Of a DNA stretch of 64,000 nucleotides, positions 12,801-26,600 are shown in pieces. Numbering within the stretch: the first letter of the stretch is position 1; each line of letters begins with the position of its first letter. This stretch comes from Heptranchias perlo (taxonomy: Eukaryota), in contig NC_090327.1 of NCBI RefSeq assembly GCF_035084215.1, positions 31,496,001-31,560,000 on the forward strand. Reading direction: 5' to 3'. The notes below the pieces were generated by a model that was given only the letters and a program-made list of their open reading frames with translations, was not told where the DNA came from and made no database searches. A program made the position numbers and the translations under genes.

Positions 12801-14530
12801 CTGGACTATGTTGAGTGTACTAGTGAAGGAAAGGTCAATGCATCTTGTTGAAACAGATTAAGATATTTTGAATTTATCTTTTGCCTGGCTTGCCCTGTGG
12901 CTGAATTGAGAAGAGTCAGCTGATTCCCTATTGATATGGTTCCTGGGAGGAGGAAGACAAGGGGTTTGGTTGATGTGGCTGGGTAAACAGGAAATGACAT
13001 TTCGTCATCCACAGCCATTTGTCTATAATAGGATGAGGGCTAGAAACCTAGCTTTGCCCTCCTTGGATAAACCTGCCTCATTTCTGGTACTCTGGATTGA
13101 TAGTTACCTGTGGTGCTCACTCCCTCCTCAAGTGGTCATTCAACACAACTCCACAGGTTAACAACTATCCTCTTTGTAAGTTGTTTCTTAGATGCACAAT
13201 AAAGCAAAGCCTCCATCATTTTGTTAATTCTAAGCTGATGCATTTTGCTTGGAAATCAAGGCACATATCAGACTTGTATGTGACATTATACTTTAGCAAA
13301 ACTCAATTCAAATAAGTGACATGCAAATTTGCAATTGAGAACAGACTTATGTTTAAAGCCTTCGTCAGCAAACGCAACATTCTCTTTGTTTACGTGGTGT
13401 TCTGTCCGTGGAGGTGTGAGTGGGTGGCTGAAAGGTGGGATCAAGATTTGGCGTTCTGTTGCTTGGTTTCTTCTTTGTGTGGGCCTGCTCTTTTTCAGCT
13501 TTATTTAATCTTTGGATAGTGCTAGGGAGGGAGAATATACTTAGCAGAAAATCTTTTCTTGTATTCCAGTTGCCAGTTATGAGGGGAGGATTTTAGAGCA
13601 TTGGCTTTTGCATGGTGAGTTTAGTTGTGGCTGCCTTTCCGGTTGTTCCTGAACTAAACTTTTCATTTCTTCAGGTCCAGCATATGGAAAGATAGAGTAC
13701 TTTTTAAGAAAAAAAACTTTCTCCCCCCAGGATAATTTCAACAGTTGTTTTTTTTGCTTTAGGTGGCCCTGACACAATGTTATGTCATATAACATTAAAC
13801 TCTGTGCCACCTACAGGTACAGTATTTAATATTTTGACTGTGCACTGTTTTTAATATATAATTAATAGATATTTTCCCCCCTTTGCTTTCTTGGGCCTGG
13901 GACATGGGGATTACCTGAGCCTGAACCCAGATTAGCATCAACCTACAACAACAATGGCTAGATGCATTAATTTTCCAACTCTGTTTTAGTACTTGGTTTC
14001 CATTCAACTGTTTTGTAATGCATGTAATACTTATTTGTTTTTGCTCTATGCTATTGTCGATGGCTTATGAGCTACACTGAGATACTGCGTTCCTATTTGT
14101 TGTGTGTGATTTCACCTACAATTGCAGTGGTTAACATCTCAAGTGCTTAGAGATGATTGAGAGATGTATTAAGGTGCTATATAAATGCAATTTTTTTTTT
14201 CTTTAGCAGCACCTCATTGTTTCCCAACGTGTGCTTACGGACACATGTTGCAAGCCAAAACTTTTACTTTCATTAAGCTTTACATATTTTAATAACTTGG
14301 ATCTCAATTCTTTCCAATGAACATTTCCTACCAACTGTGCAACAAAGCAAATTTATCCAGAAGAGATTTATATTGCATATACTATAAATTTGTAAACAAT
14401 ACAAACCTATTGAAAGAAACACAGATTCAGTGAACAGTGTTCAAGTGCAAATCTTTATAATGTAACATTTTTTGGACTCCCTGAGGTATTGTGTAATTGC
14501 TTCTTGAGGTGAACATTTGAGTTTTTTTTC

Positions 14531-14633
14531 TCAGAATTCAAAATCTTTATCGGTCATATCGATGGCCCAAGCAAATTTCTCTCTCTGCGTCTTATTGTAG
14601 ATCTTCTCAATAGGAACACCCCACTTCTTGCAC
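14531..14633 (-). CDS. TOP1MT: Topoisomerase I last coding exon ([33 protein letters not shown])
   Basis: AG acceptor at 14635-14634, 103 nt to TGA at 14533-14531; canonical Top1 C-terminus. Confidence 0.95.
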
Positions 14634-17600
14634 CTTCAACAAAGATAGGAGATAAATGGGTAAACATAGGTCATATTTTACACTGCCAGTAACCTCTAAA
14701 TGTAATTTCATAAATATACAATAAATAATATGCAAAAAGTTAATACAGTGACAAGGGTTGACATCTTTTACGAAATCCCAAACCAGGCAAGATGAAAAAC
14801 AGTCAAGCGGTAGGATCAGGGCCTGAGTTCTGATGTTTGGGGGATGGGGAAGAAAGAGAGCGATCTCAAAGACTTTTGTTAGAGATATAAAAAATAATGA
14901 ATGCTAATTTGAAACAAAAAACAGAAATTGCTGGAAATATATAGGTCAGTCAGTATCTGAAAAAGAGGAGAGACAGGTTAATGTTTTGAGGGGAGAAACT
15001 TTGTCAGAACAGAATCAGATTCTGGTCTCTAGTTTGTGCTTTGGAAGAGTTCCAGACACTCCACTCAAAAACTGAATTGGTGGGGGGGGGGGGGGGGGGC
15101 GGGCAGTGGAGTAGGGGAGAGGAGTGCAACAATGTTAAAACATCCAATCACTGCTCCCACCACCAATTTGTCGGTAAATGATTGCTATGCCCGACCAACA
15201 TTGTTTTTCAAGGTTTAGATTATTCAGGTCATCAAATTATATTAATCCCACAGCCTCAATGCAGCAGTTGACGTAGCATTGTACACTCAGAATTTTGCAT
15301 AGTTCTTACTGACCAGGCCACGGTGATCCTAGGATCAAGGTAGTTGAGTTTGGAAGTGCCCAAAGCAATCTGCTTGTTTTCCTCTCTGTCTGTTGCTTGA
15401 ACCTCCAGTTTCATCAGTTGTTCTTCTAACCTCTGTAGCAGCTTCTTCTTCTTCTCCACCACCCTGCATAAAGAAGCTTCATGTCAGTCCCTTTAGAATA
15501 GGGTCATTGAAGCAACAGTGTCTCTTTTATTTCCAGCCTCCTTGCCCCAACAGGGAAAGCAGATCATTTCACTTTTCTTTGGTAGGTGATAATTCAAGAC
15601 GACTCACTTGTTGGTCAAGATTTCACCTCAGCTCTTTTCACCTGTCTACCCCCAATCACAAACGATTTACTTTGTTGACATGCTGGGATACAATTTCACA
15701 GCTCCTCTGGCTGCTCCCCAGTACTCTGCCCATCAACAATATGTGGTCCTTGACTGAATACTGACAGAGCCTTTGACCAAAGGATACAATCACAGCTTAT
15801 CTGGTTCTCACTAGACATCTTTCAAGAGTTGATAGGGTTGGTAAGGAAAAACTATTTCCTCAGGTACAGGAATCCAGAACCTCAAAATTAGAGCTAGGCC
15901 ATTCAGGAGTGATGTAAGGAAGCTCTTTTTCACACAAAGGGTAGTGGAAATCTGGAACTCCCCCAAAAGCTGTTGAGGCTAGGTCAATTGAAAATTTCCA
16001 AACAGATTGATAGATTTTTGTTAGGCAAGGGTATTAAGGATTACAGAACCAAGGCAGGTAGATGGAGTAAAGGTACAGATCAGCCATGATCTAACTGAAA
16101 GGTGTAACAGGCTCAAGGAGCTGAACAGCCTATTCCTGTACCTAACCTGGGCTCAGCTCTGTACAGCACCATTTTACCAACTGAGCAAACCAGGAAGAGT
16201 AATACTTCTTTTTAAAACAGAGAATGTGAATATTGTTAAAGTAGACAATTATTTCCTGCCAGTTAAACTGCAAAATTTGAGATTAAAAAACACATCTTAT
16301 TCCTTCCTATTGAAAGCCCTTGCTTGAACAGGATGCTGTTTAATGAACCTGCATGGTCCTGCTCAGGAAATACTTACTGTTTTGATCTTTCATCTTTTTT
16401 CACTTTGTGATCCACCTTGGCATTTTTCAGATCTTTCTTGGCCACAGCAAGTTGTTCCTTTTTTGCTTCAATCTGCCAATAGAAAAATTTGAATACTAAA
16501 TCGCAGCCCGTTAAACAGTGCAATTACCAGTCAGAAAGGAGCATCATAGGTAATCTTCCTAGTCTCTTCCTGGACATGGCTGGCCTTTCAGTGACACACC
16601 CAACTGGACATTTCTTAAGTGTGGTGCTAGACAAAGTACATCAACCACCTACTTGATCATGGGGGAAATCAGTCAAATCCTCACCAGATTTCCACAAATG
16701 CAGGGTTCACTGGGTAGCAGTAGGAACCGGGATCCTGGCTGATTAAATTGATCACTCTAACCATGTGGCACTGAGGTAGACAATGGCATCCCACTGCTAT
16801 GCCAGCACTGGAGATCAAAGCTGAAACTGCATTATTGCAGTTCCACATCAGAGCCATTAGGTGGAGCTGAACATCCTCTAGCTTTAAAAAGATAACTTCT
16901 GTATCAAATCTCATTTAGCATTATAATACAGTATTTGAAAATATTCACTTAAGAAATGTAGACAGGTAAAGCACCCGTTTCAACTGATTTCCTGTGCCTT
17001 TAGTACTAGTTGGGCTCATTTTTAAATTCCTTTCATAGCTATTTGAACAGTCAACTTTTAATTTCCCAATTGTATTTTATGTCAATAACCAGAGAATACA
17101 GATTTAAGGTAATTGGCAAAAGCAGCAGAGGGGAGACTAGGAAAATTGTAATTTTTTTAAAAAAACAGAACGAGTTGTTATAATCTGGATTGCACTGCCT
17201 GAAAGAATGGGAGGAAGCAGATTAAATAGTAGCTTTCAAAATTAGATATATACTTGAAAAGGAAAAATATGCAGGGCTATGGGTAAAGAGCAGGGGAGTG
17301 GGACTAATTCAACAGCTCTTTCAAAGAGCCAGCACAGGCACGGGATGGGCCAAATCGTCTCCTTCTGTGCTGCAAGTGTCTATGATTGTTGTTTTTTTAA
17401 AAAAAAATAACCCATTCCCTCTTACTGCTGACATTGTTGAGCACCATGGAAATAATGGTTCTCAAGTGTAGCCTGTAAGTTGTCACTGGTGCTGCAGCCC
17501 CCTAGAAGGTTAGCAATGAGGAGAGAATTTTAGCTATGAGGAAAGATTGGATAGGCTGGGGTTGTTCTCTTTGGAACAGAGGAGGCCGAGGGGAGATTTA

Positions 17601-20600
17601 ATTGAGGTGTACAAAATTATGAGGGGCCGAGAGAGAGTGGATAGGAAGGACCTATTTCCCTTAGCAGAGAGGTCAATAACCAGGGGGCATAGATTTCAAG
17701 TGATTGGTAGAAGGATTAGAGGGGAGCTGAGGAAAAATTCTCTCACCCAGAGGGTGGTGGGGGTCTGGAACTCACTGCCTGAAAGGGTGGTAGAGGCAGA
17801 AACCCTCAACTCATTTAAAAAGTAACTGGACGTGCACCTGAAGTGCCGTGACCTACAAGGCTATGGACCAAGTGCTGGAAAGTGGGATTAGGCTGGGTGG
17901 CTCATTTTTGGCCGGCACGGACACGGTAGGCCAAATGGCCTCCTATGCCGTAAATTTTCTATGATTCTAGGCTGCAATCCTGAGTTGGGACACATTAGAA
18001 GGTTACTCTCACACCTGCCACAAGAAACATGCAGGCACTCAATTTTTCTTTTAAAATGCACTCTTCACAAATTTTTCAACACATCTCTCTCTCTCTCACT
18101 CCAGTCGGTAACCTCTGAAATCATGCCCACAAACAATTGGAGCAACAGGACTGCTGAGAACAACAGGTGATGGGAGGTAGGTCACAAGTGGCTCCAAGCT
18201 ATAGCATCAGTACCTCAGAAAGTGATTCAAAAGCACCATCATGCTCGATTTGAGAAGTGACCTAACTGAAGTTTTCAAAGTTATGAAGGGAATTGGCAAA
18301 AGTCATCCAGGCAAATTGTTCACTATGAAGACTTTGAATACAAGTTAAAAAAAGTTATGAACATGTTGGGAGGTCCCGTGGAATGTTTCTAGCCGAAGTG
18401 TAATGGCATCGTGGGACAAGTTATCAAGGAAGGCCTTTAAGGCAGACAGTATAAATAGGTTTGCAGTACAATTTGATGTGTTTCTAGAGGAGGGAATGAG
18501 AGATACGGTGATAAGTTTGATAGAAAGGATTGAGAATCCATCAAAAAAGAATGGGTTTGTTTGCGCTGAATGACTTGTTCCCAACATTATTAGAATATGT
18601 AAGAAATATATTTGCTTTGTGCTAGTCCAATCCACGGTGCTGAAATTATTTTTCTGCTCTGGTTGTCCAGACATTCTACCTTGGTCTGAATATTTTTCAT
18701 GGATTTCTCAAAGGTTTTTGGGGGCGCCCTCTGGTGGTTGCAGAGAATGGCCACTGCTCTGTTGGCTCGGTTGTAGGCCAGGATCTTTTCTGCGATACTT
18801 TCTTCCGCTGTAAGGAAAAAAAAAAGTAAGCAAACCATGTTGTTTATCAAATAACTGAATTATGTAACAGAGCCTAATCTAATTGTTTCAGGTGCGCAAA
18901 GTTTTAAAAGAGGCAGGAATCCTGTAGCACTCGCCTTTTATCAAGGGCTACAAATCTTAGGAACAGGAGGCCATTCATTCACTTGAGCCTGCTCTGCCAT
19001 TCAATTAAATCATGGCTGATCTGTACCTCAACTCTATTTTCCCCCCTTTGGTCCATATCCCTAGATACTCTTAACCAATAAAAATCTATCGATCTCAGTC
19101 TTGAAAGCTCCAGTTGTCCTAACATCCATAGCCTTTTGGGGGAGAATGTTCTAGATTTCCACCACCCTTTGTGTGAAAAAGTGCTTCCTGATTTCACTCC
19201 TAAATGGCCTAGCTCTAAGATTATGCCCTTGTTCTGGATTCCCCCACCAGAGGGAATAGTTTTTCTGTATCTGCACTATTGAATCCCTTTAACATTTTAA
19301 ATACCGCAATCAGATCACCCCAAAATCCCAACATGGCGTTGCTCAAGAGCCGCTCTCTTGGGAATGAAATAAGATACTGCCCTACAGAACAATGGGAAGT
19401 GGACCAGTACTAGCACTTTCCCACATAGTGGTGTGATCGAAATGTGAGTGTTCTATGAACAGTAGGCAAAGTGGATGGAAGGCAAAGAAAAAAAGCACTG
19501 GGCCTAATGGTTTGATACTAGGTCCTACAGCTATTTGAACTGTCAACTTTTAATTTCACACTTGTATTTTATGTCGATAAAGAGTTTTAAGAGAGCTATT
19601 TTTATTCACTCTGTGGATAGCCGTGCTTCCCAATAGCATTTATTTGCTTTTAGAATCATGTCTCCAGTCTAACGGGATACAATGTTAACTATTTTGGATG
19701 CCAAGAGAGAAACAACTCTGAATCCTAACTTAGTAACACTGAGCCCATTCTACACAAGATGTTGATAGCCAAGCTGCCCCCTTCAGTTTTAAACATAAAA
19801 TAAGCTGGAACAAAGGGAATGGAGGCACTAGTATAACTACATGGGATCTTTGTAATAGTTAGAGGATTATGTGACAATTCAGAGAAACACACTTCTTGCT
19901 TAACCCAAGTGGATTCAAACTTGCCCAATGTAAGGGACAGCCGCAGATGCTGGAAATCAAATTTAAAAATTAAACATAGTGCTAGAAATACACTGCAGAA
20001 AGAGAGGTTGACGTTTTCAGTGGCAGTTAAAGCCTGAAACAAGGTGATATTCTGTTGCTAAAGCAAAATTTAAAGTTAGTTTTTTTGTACTTCATCCCAT
20101 TTCTGATGAAGGGTTGTACCTGAAACATTAACCTGTCTTATTTAGATGCAGAGCGACCTAATATGTATTGCCAGCACTTTCTGTTCTTATTCAGATTCAG
20201 TTTTATGCTAACGAAAGGGTTCAATGACAGGATAATCACTTACGGTCAGTTAATTCTTCCAACTGTTCTTGCAGTGTGATGGAGGCATTGTACGTTCGGA
20301 ACACTTTGGCTGTGAGCCCCTCCATCAACTCCTGAAGATGCTTGTTCAGATCTGAGGTCTAAAAAGAGAAAATAAAACACACATTAGTCCTCTTGCTTAG
20401 CTCTAGAAAGAAGTCTAGTTCAGTCTATGGTTGGCGGGAGTAAGCTGATCTCAACAGATTCCTCTCAGCATTACTTTCATACAGTTATGAAGAAGAGTAT
20501 AAAAAATTGGACATTAGATAAATTAGTGAGATTCACAAAAAACAAAACATACGTTCAATCTGTCAAACAGGTCATCTGCAGGATCCTTATTCTCCATGAA

Positions 20601-23600
20601 TAATTTTAGATTCTTGAACACCTGGGAGAAAGTAACAGTAACACATTCACTAAGGATCTATACGTTGCACGAATATATAAATACAGGCATATGAAAGAAA
20701 CAAAGGAAGAAAGATCGTGCATTTATATAGCACCTTTCATGACCTCAGAACGTCCAAAAGTGCTTTACAGACACTTATGAACAAAGGAACAAAAGTAGGC
20801 CATTTAGCCCCTCGAGCCTGTTTCAGTCATTCAATGAGATCGTGGCTGATCTGTGACCCAACTCTATACACCCGTCTTAGCTCCATATCCCTTAATACCT
20901 CTGGTTAACAAAAATCTATCAATATCACATTTAAAATTAATTGAGCTAGCATCAACTGCCGTTTGCGGAAGAGTTTTCCAAACTTCTACCACTCTTTGCG
21001 TATAGAAGAGTTGCCTAACTTCACTCCTGAAAGTCCTAGCTCTAATTTTTAGGCTACGAAATGTAGTCACTGTTGTAATGTAGGAAATGCAGTAGTCAAT
21101 TTGCACACAGCAAGGTCCTGCAAACAGCAACGAGATATATGATCAGATAATCTTTTTTATTGATGTTGGTTGAGGGATAAATATTGGCCAGGACACCGGG
21201 TAGAACTCCCCTGCTCCTCTTTGGGATCTTTTACATCTACGGGAGGGCAGATGCAGCCTCAGTTTAATGTCTCAACCGAAAGACGACACCTCCTCAGTAC
21301 TGCACTGAAGTGTCAGCCTGGATTATGTGACGTCTCTGGAGTGGGGCTTGAAACCACAACCTTCTGACTCAGAGTTGAGAACGCTACTAACTGAGCCACA
21401 GCATGAGGCATACTCATACAATGAGGAAAGACCATGTGACCATCCAGAGTGTTTCATTATAATCCAAGACCAGAAGCACAAGATTCATTTTTAATCTCAT
21501 TGTTCCACTCTGATGAAAATACCAATCACGCCCTAGAGTCATCACTAGGATTTTAGTAAAGTTCAATAATAAGCAAATGAAATACTCCTACTGTACCCAC
21601 TAGAACTGTAAAAAAAGTACTCAGATCCAATTATAGATGTTGGTCTTCCAAATTTCGGTTCTGTTAGGACAGAATTTCAAAGTGTTTAACACTCATTGAG
21701 GTACTGGTAGAACTAGCCTAGGGAGGCAGCCTGTGATGGAACTAATCTGAGGTGATGAATTAACAGCACCTCTCCCAATGCCTTAGAGGATTTAGCCAGA
21801 GTAGCTAAGTCACACAGACCAGGAAGGTTCCAGGTTACCAGGTATGACCCACCCAATCTGCAAAGGTTAGCAAACAGAGGTGGGGAGCGGCAGGAAATAT
21901 TCAGGAATCCCACTCCTGACTTATACAGCAAACCCTGCTGGAAGTGGATGTCTGGTGAGGACAGAATTGGGGTCAGCTATAATGTTTCATGCCATCTAGT
22001 GACCACATCCCACCAACTGTTCCAAAAATTTAAAATCCCAATCATTGTATTAACCAAAGGCTTACACTAAAATCAACTGACAAAAGTAGTTATGATCTAG
22101 AATGCGCTGCCTGAAAGGGTGGTGGAAGCAGATTCAATTGTAGCTTTCAAAAAGGAATTGGATAAATACTTGAAAGGAAAAAACCTGCAGGGCTACGGGA
22201 AAAGAGCGGGGGAATGGGACTAACTGGATTGCTGTTACAAAAAGCCGGCACAGGCTTGATGAGCCGAATGGCCTCCTTCTGTGCTGTAACCATTCCATGA
22301 TTCTGTGATAAGTTAGCACACACTTCTCACTGTGCTAGGTCCAAAGTATTCAATTTGATAATATACTGATGGATGATACAGTTGTGACAGTAGAGAGAGA
22401 TGCTGGAACACAAATCGCTGAGCTGTTGGGAAAAAGAGAACACCATGCAACTAGTCAAGGATGACTAATGTAGGATGCAAGGCTAGATTATCTAGAGTTT
22501 TGCTCAATTTGTCTTAGGGGCAGGGGGAAAATCTTGCAGAACTCTACCTCAGGAGATTAAATTTTCTGGATCGAGTCCATGATGGGCTAGATTGTAAAAG
22601 GAATTAGCAACTGATGGGATGAATGGTCTTCTCTCAATCTGACCTTGTATGCTTAGAGAATGGGTAAATTAGACACATTCACTTATCATAGAACTAGGAG
22701 GAACAATTCCCTTGTTACTAATCCGATCAGTGAAAATCGGAGAACTAGGATCGATAGTCATAGCACTGGCTGTTTTGAGTATTAGCACAGAGCATACATG
22801 TATTAGTGCACCAAACCATGGAGTGGCATGATGTAGGCTGTGCTTTTGATTCCTGTCACAGTAGGCTCACAATCTCAGCTGTGACGTTTGGCAGGGGCTC
22901 GGTGATTCAGCAGGTAATTGGTCATACACATCAGAAAGGTCCTGGGTTTGAACTGTGGTGCCAACTTAGACAATTGTAGATGCAACAGGGGCAAGGGATT
23001 AACAATTGGCTTTAGTATCCTCAGGTTTGGAGAAGCAATTGGTCTGTACCTGTTTTTCCACTGGAACCTCATTGTAGTATCTAATAGAATCCTTTCCCAG
23101 GAAGTCAAATTCTACCACGCACTTCAGTCCATCCTGGCTATCGTGCAATTTAATATGTTCGACACGGAGTGAGCAGCAACCAACTGTATCGGCAGTCTCT
23201 CCTTCCTCCTTCTCATTCCCAGCTCTCAATGCTAACTGCAGAAGCACAGAAAAATAAGCTATTTAATTAAAGTGCAGTTAAAAAGTAAGCACAGTGAATG
23301 AAATAAAACTATCCAATCATTACCCATGCATTGCAGTTTGAAGGAACTTATCCAATCTTCCTCCATTATTGGGATAACAATGATGGATGTACCTGTGAGC
23401 AATTCCACAGACACCATCAGCTGCTGTCTTCTCTCTTCTCCCCACCCCCCCACAAATTGACCAACATTACCCTTTTTCTTAATGACCTGGCCAACACCTG
23501 CACTCTAGGTTCTAAATCAGTGGTGTCCAACCTGTGGCCCCTCCAAAGCCTGGCAATTTGCTCCACAGAGCCCAAGCTTACTTTGTGCTTACTTCTCATT

Positions 23601-26600
23601 TGCTGGTTTACATAGATAGAATTACATGAAATGTACAGCACAGAAACAGGCCATTCGGCCCAACTGGTCTGTGCCGGAGTTTATGCTCCACGCGAGCATC
23701 CTCCCACCCCGACATCATCTAACCGTATCAGCATATCCTTCTTTTGCTTTCTCCCTCGTACTTATCTAGCTTTCCCTTAAATGCATCTGCGCTATTTTCC
23801 TCAACCGCTCCTTCTGGTAGCAAGTTCCACATTCTCACCATTCTCTGGGTAAAGAAGTTTCTCGTGAATTCCCTATTGGATTTATTAGTGACTATTCTAT
23901 ATTTATGGCCCCGTAATTTTAGTCTCCCCCCCCCCCCCCCCACAAGTGGGAACATTTTCTCAGTTTGATGTATTTGAATTTATGGGCCTGGAGTTAGTAA
24001 AGGAATGTTTTATTGGTGGATAAATCCAAAATCAGAACACTAAGAGCAGTTGGTGTCAGAAAAGTGATACACAGTAAACTGGGCAAATCTGTTAATGGGT
24101 AAAACGATCAGTGGGAAGTGTTTAAAGAAACATTTAACGTGATACAGAACTGGTTTATACCAGAGGGGCAAGAATTCTAATTGCCAAAAAAAAAACAGCC
24201 ATGGACAACTAAAGAGGTAAGGGACAGTGTAAGACATAAGGAAAGGGCATACAAAAAGGCAAAAAATGGCACAGATCCTGGCGAATGGGAAAGATACAAA
24301 GATCAACAAAGGGTCACAAAACAGATAGTAAGAGCTACAAAAAGAGTGTATGAAAAGAAACTCGCAAGGGATATCAAAACCAATACGAAGAACTTTTATA
24401 GTTATATTAGGAAAAAGAGGGTGGGGTCAGGAGCAGTATTGGCCCCTTAAAAACTGAAAGTGGGGATATTGTCATTGACAATGGGGAAATGGTGGACATG
24501 TTGAACAATTACTTTGCGTCAGTATTTACAGTAGAAAAAGAGGATAGCATACCGGAAATCCCAAGAAAACTTATATTGAATCGGGGACAGGGACTCAATA
24601 AAATTAACATAAGTAAAGCAACAGTAATGAAGAAAATAATAACACTAAAGAGTGACAAATCCCCAGGACCAGATGGTTTCCATCCCAGGGATTTAAAGAA
24701 AGTAGGTGAGCACATTGCAGATGCCCTAACTATAATCTTTCAAAGTTCTCTAGATTCAGGAACTATCCCTCTTGATTGGAAAATTGCACATGCCACTCCG
24801 TTTTTTTAAGAAAGGAGAGGGAAATCAGGGAATTATAGACCAGTTAGCCTGACATCTGTTGTGGGGAAAATGCTGGAGTCTATAATTAAGGATAGGGTGA
24901 CTGAACACCGAGAATTTTCAGTTAATCAGAGAGCCAGCATGGATTTGTGAAACGTAGGTCGTGCCTGACAAACCTGATTGAATTTTTTGAAGAGGTGACT
25001 AAAGTAGTGGACAGGGGAATGTCAATGGATGTTATTTATATGGACTTCCAGAAGGCATTTGATAAGGTCCCACATAAGAGACTATTAGCTAAGATAGAAG
25101 CCCATGGAATCGAGGGAAAAGTACGGACTTGGTTAGGAAGTTGACTGAGTGAAAGACGACAGAGGGTAGGGATAATGGGTAGGTACTCACATTGGCAGGA
25201 TGTGACTAATGGAGTCCCGCAGGGATCTGTCTTGGGGCCTCAATTATTCACAATATTTATTAACAACTTAAATGAAGGCATAGAAAGTCTCATATCTAAG
25301 TTTGCCGATGACACAAAGATTGGTGGCATTGTAAGCAGTGTAGATGAAAACATAAAATTACAAAGCGATATTGATAGATTAAGTGAATGGGCAAAACTGT
25401 GGCAAATGGAATTCAATGTAGGCAAATGTGAGGTCATCCACTTTGGATCAAAAAAGGATAGAACAGGGTATTTCTAAATGGTAAAAAGTTAAAAACAGTG
25501 GATGTCCAAAGGGACTTAGGGGTTCAGGTACAAAGATCATTGAAGTGTCATGAACAGGTGCAGAAAATAATCAATAAGGCTAATGGAATGCTGGCCTTTA
25601 TATCTAGAGGACTAGAGTACAAGGGGGCAGAAGTTATGCTGCAGCTATACAAAACCCCGGTTAGACCACACCTGGAGTACTGTGAGCAGTTCTGGGCACC
25701 GCACCTTCGGAAGGACATATTGGCCTTGGAGGGAGTGCAGCGTAGGTTTATTAGAATGATACCTGGACTTCAAGGGTTAAGTTATGAGGAAAGATTACAC
25801 AAATTGGGGTTGTATTCTCTGGAGTTTTGAAGGTTAAGGGGTGATCTGATCGAAGTTTATAAGATATTAAGGGGAACAGATAGGATGGATAGAGAGAAAC
25901 TATTTCCGCTGGTTGGGGATTCTAGGAGTAGGGGACAGTCTAAAAATTAGAGCCAGACCTTTCAGGAGTGAGATTAGAAAACATTTCTACACACAAAGGG
26001 TGGCAGAAGTTTGGAACTCTCTTCCGCAAACGACAAGTGATACTAGCTCAATTGCTAAATTTAAATCTGAGATAGATAGCTTTTTGGCAACCAAAGGTAT
26101 TAAGGGATATGGGCCAAAGGCAGGTCTATGGTGTTAGATCACAGATCAGCCATGATCTTATCAAATGGCGCAGCAGGCATGAGGGGCTGAATAGCCTACT
26201 CCTGTTCCAATGTTCCTATATACAAACTAATGGGACTGTGGTTAAGACCACCAATCCTCACAAAAAGAAAAGCACACATTTAAAACTGTTTCCAACTCCT
26301 GCTTCCAAAACTTCAGCTTAGTGAGTAACTGGTGGTACTGAGTCATATAGAGCAAGAATGACCCAGTTCCTGGTCTTTGCCCAAGTCAGCTGTTCACAGC
26401 TATGCAACAGCGAGGTTGTCATGAAGCAATGGGAAGGAAAAGAAAATATGATAGAAGTGTTTAAAATTATGAAAGGATGCAAGAGGGTAGATTAAAAAGT
26501 CTCGTTTGTTGAGATGTCAAGAGCAAAGGGCCATAGATGCAAGATTAAGTATAAGATTTAGAACAGGGAGCAAGAGAAGCTGCTTTACACAGAATTGTGA

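Noticed and set aside
13490-14300. Poly(A) signal for the topoisomerase gene (ATTAAA at about 14290, AATAAA at about 13500, minus strand)
   Set aside because: Several candidates in AT-rich sequence; cannot choose without 3'-end data
15081-15100. Long G/C homopolymers (also about 23925, 28575, 33302 and 59069) as functional G-quadruplex elements
   Set aside because: Simple homopolymer runs, often in or near repeats; no evidence of function
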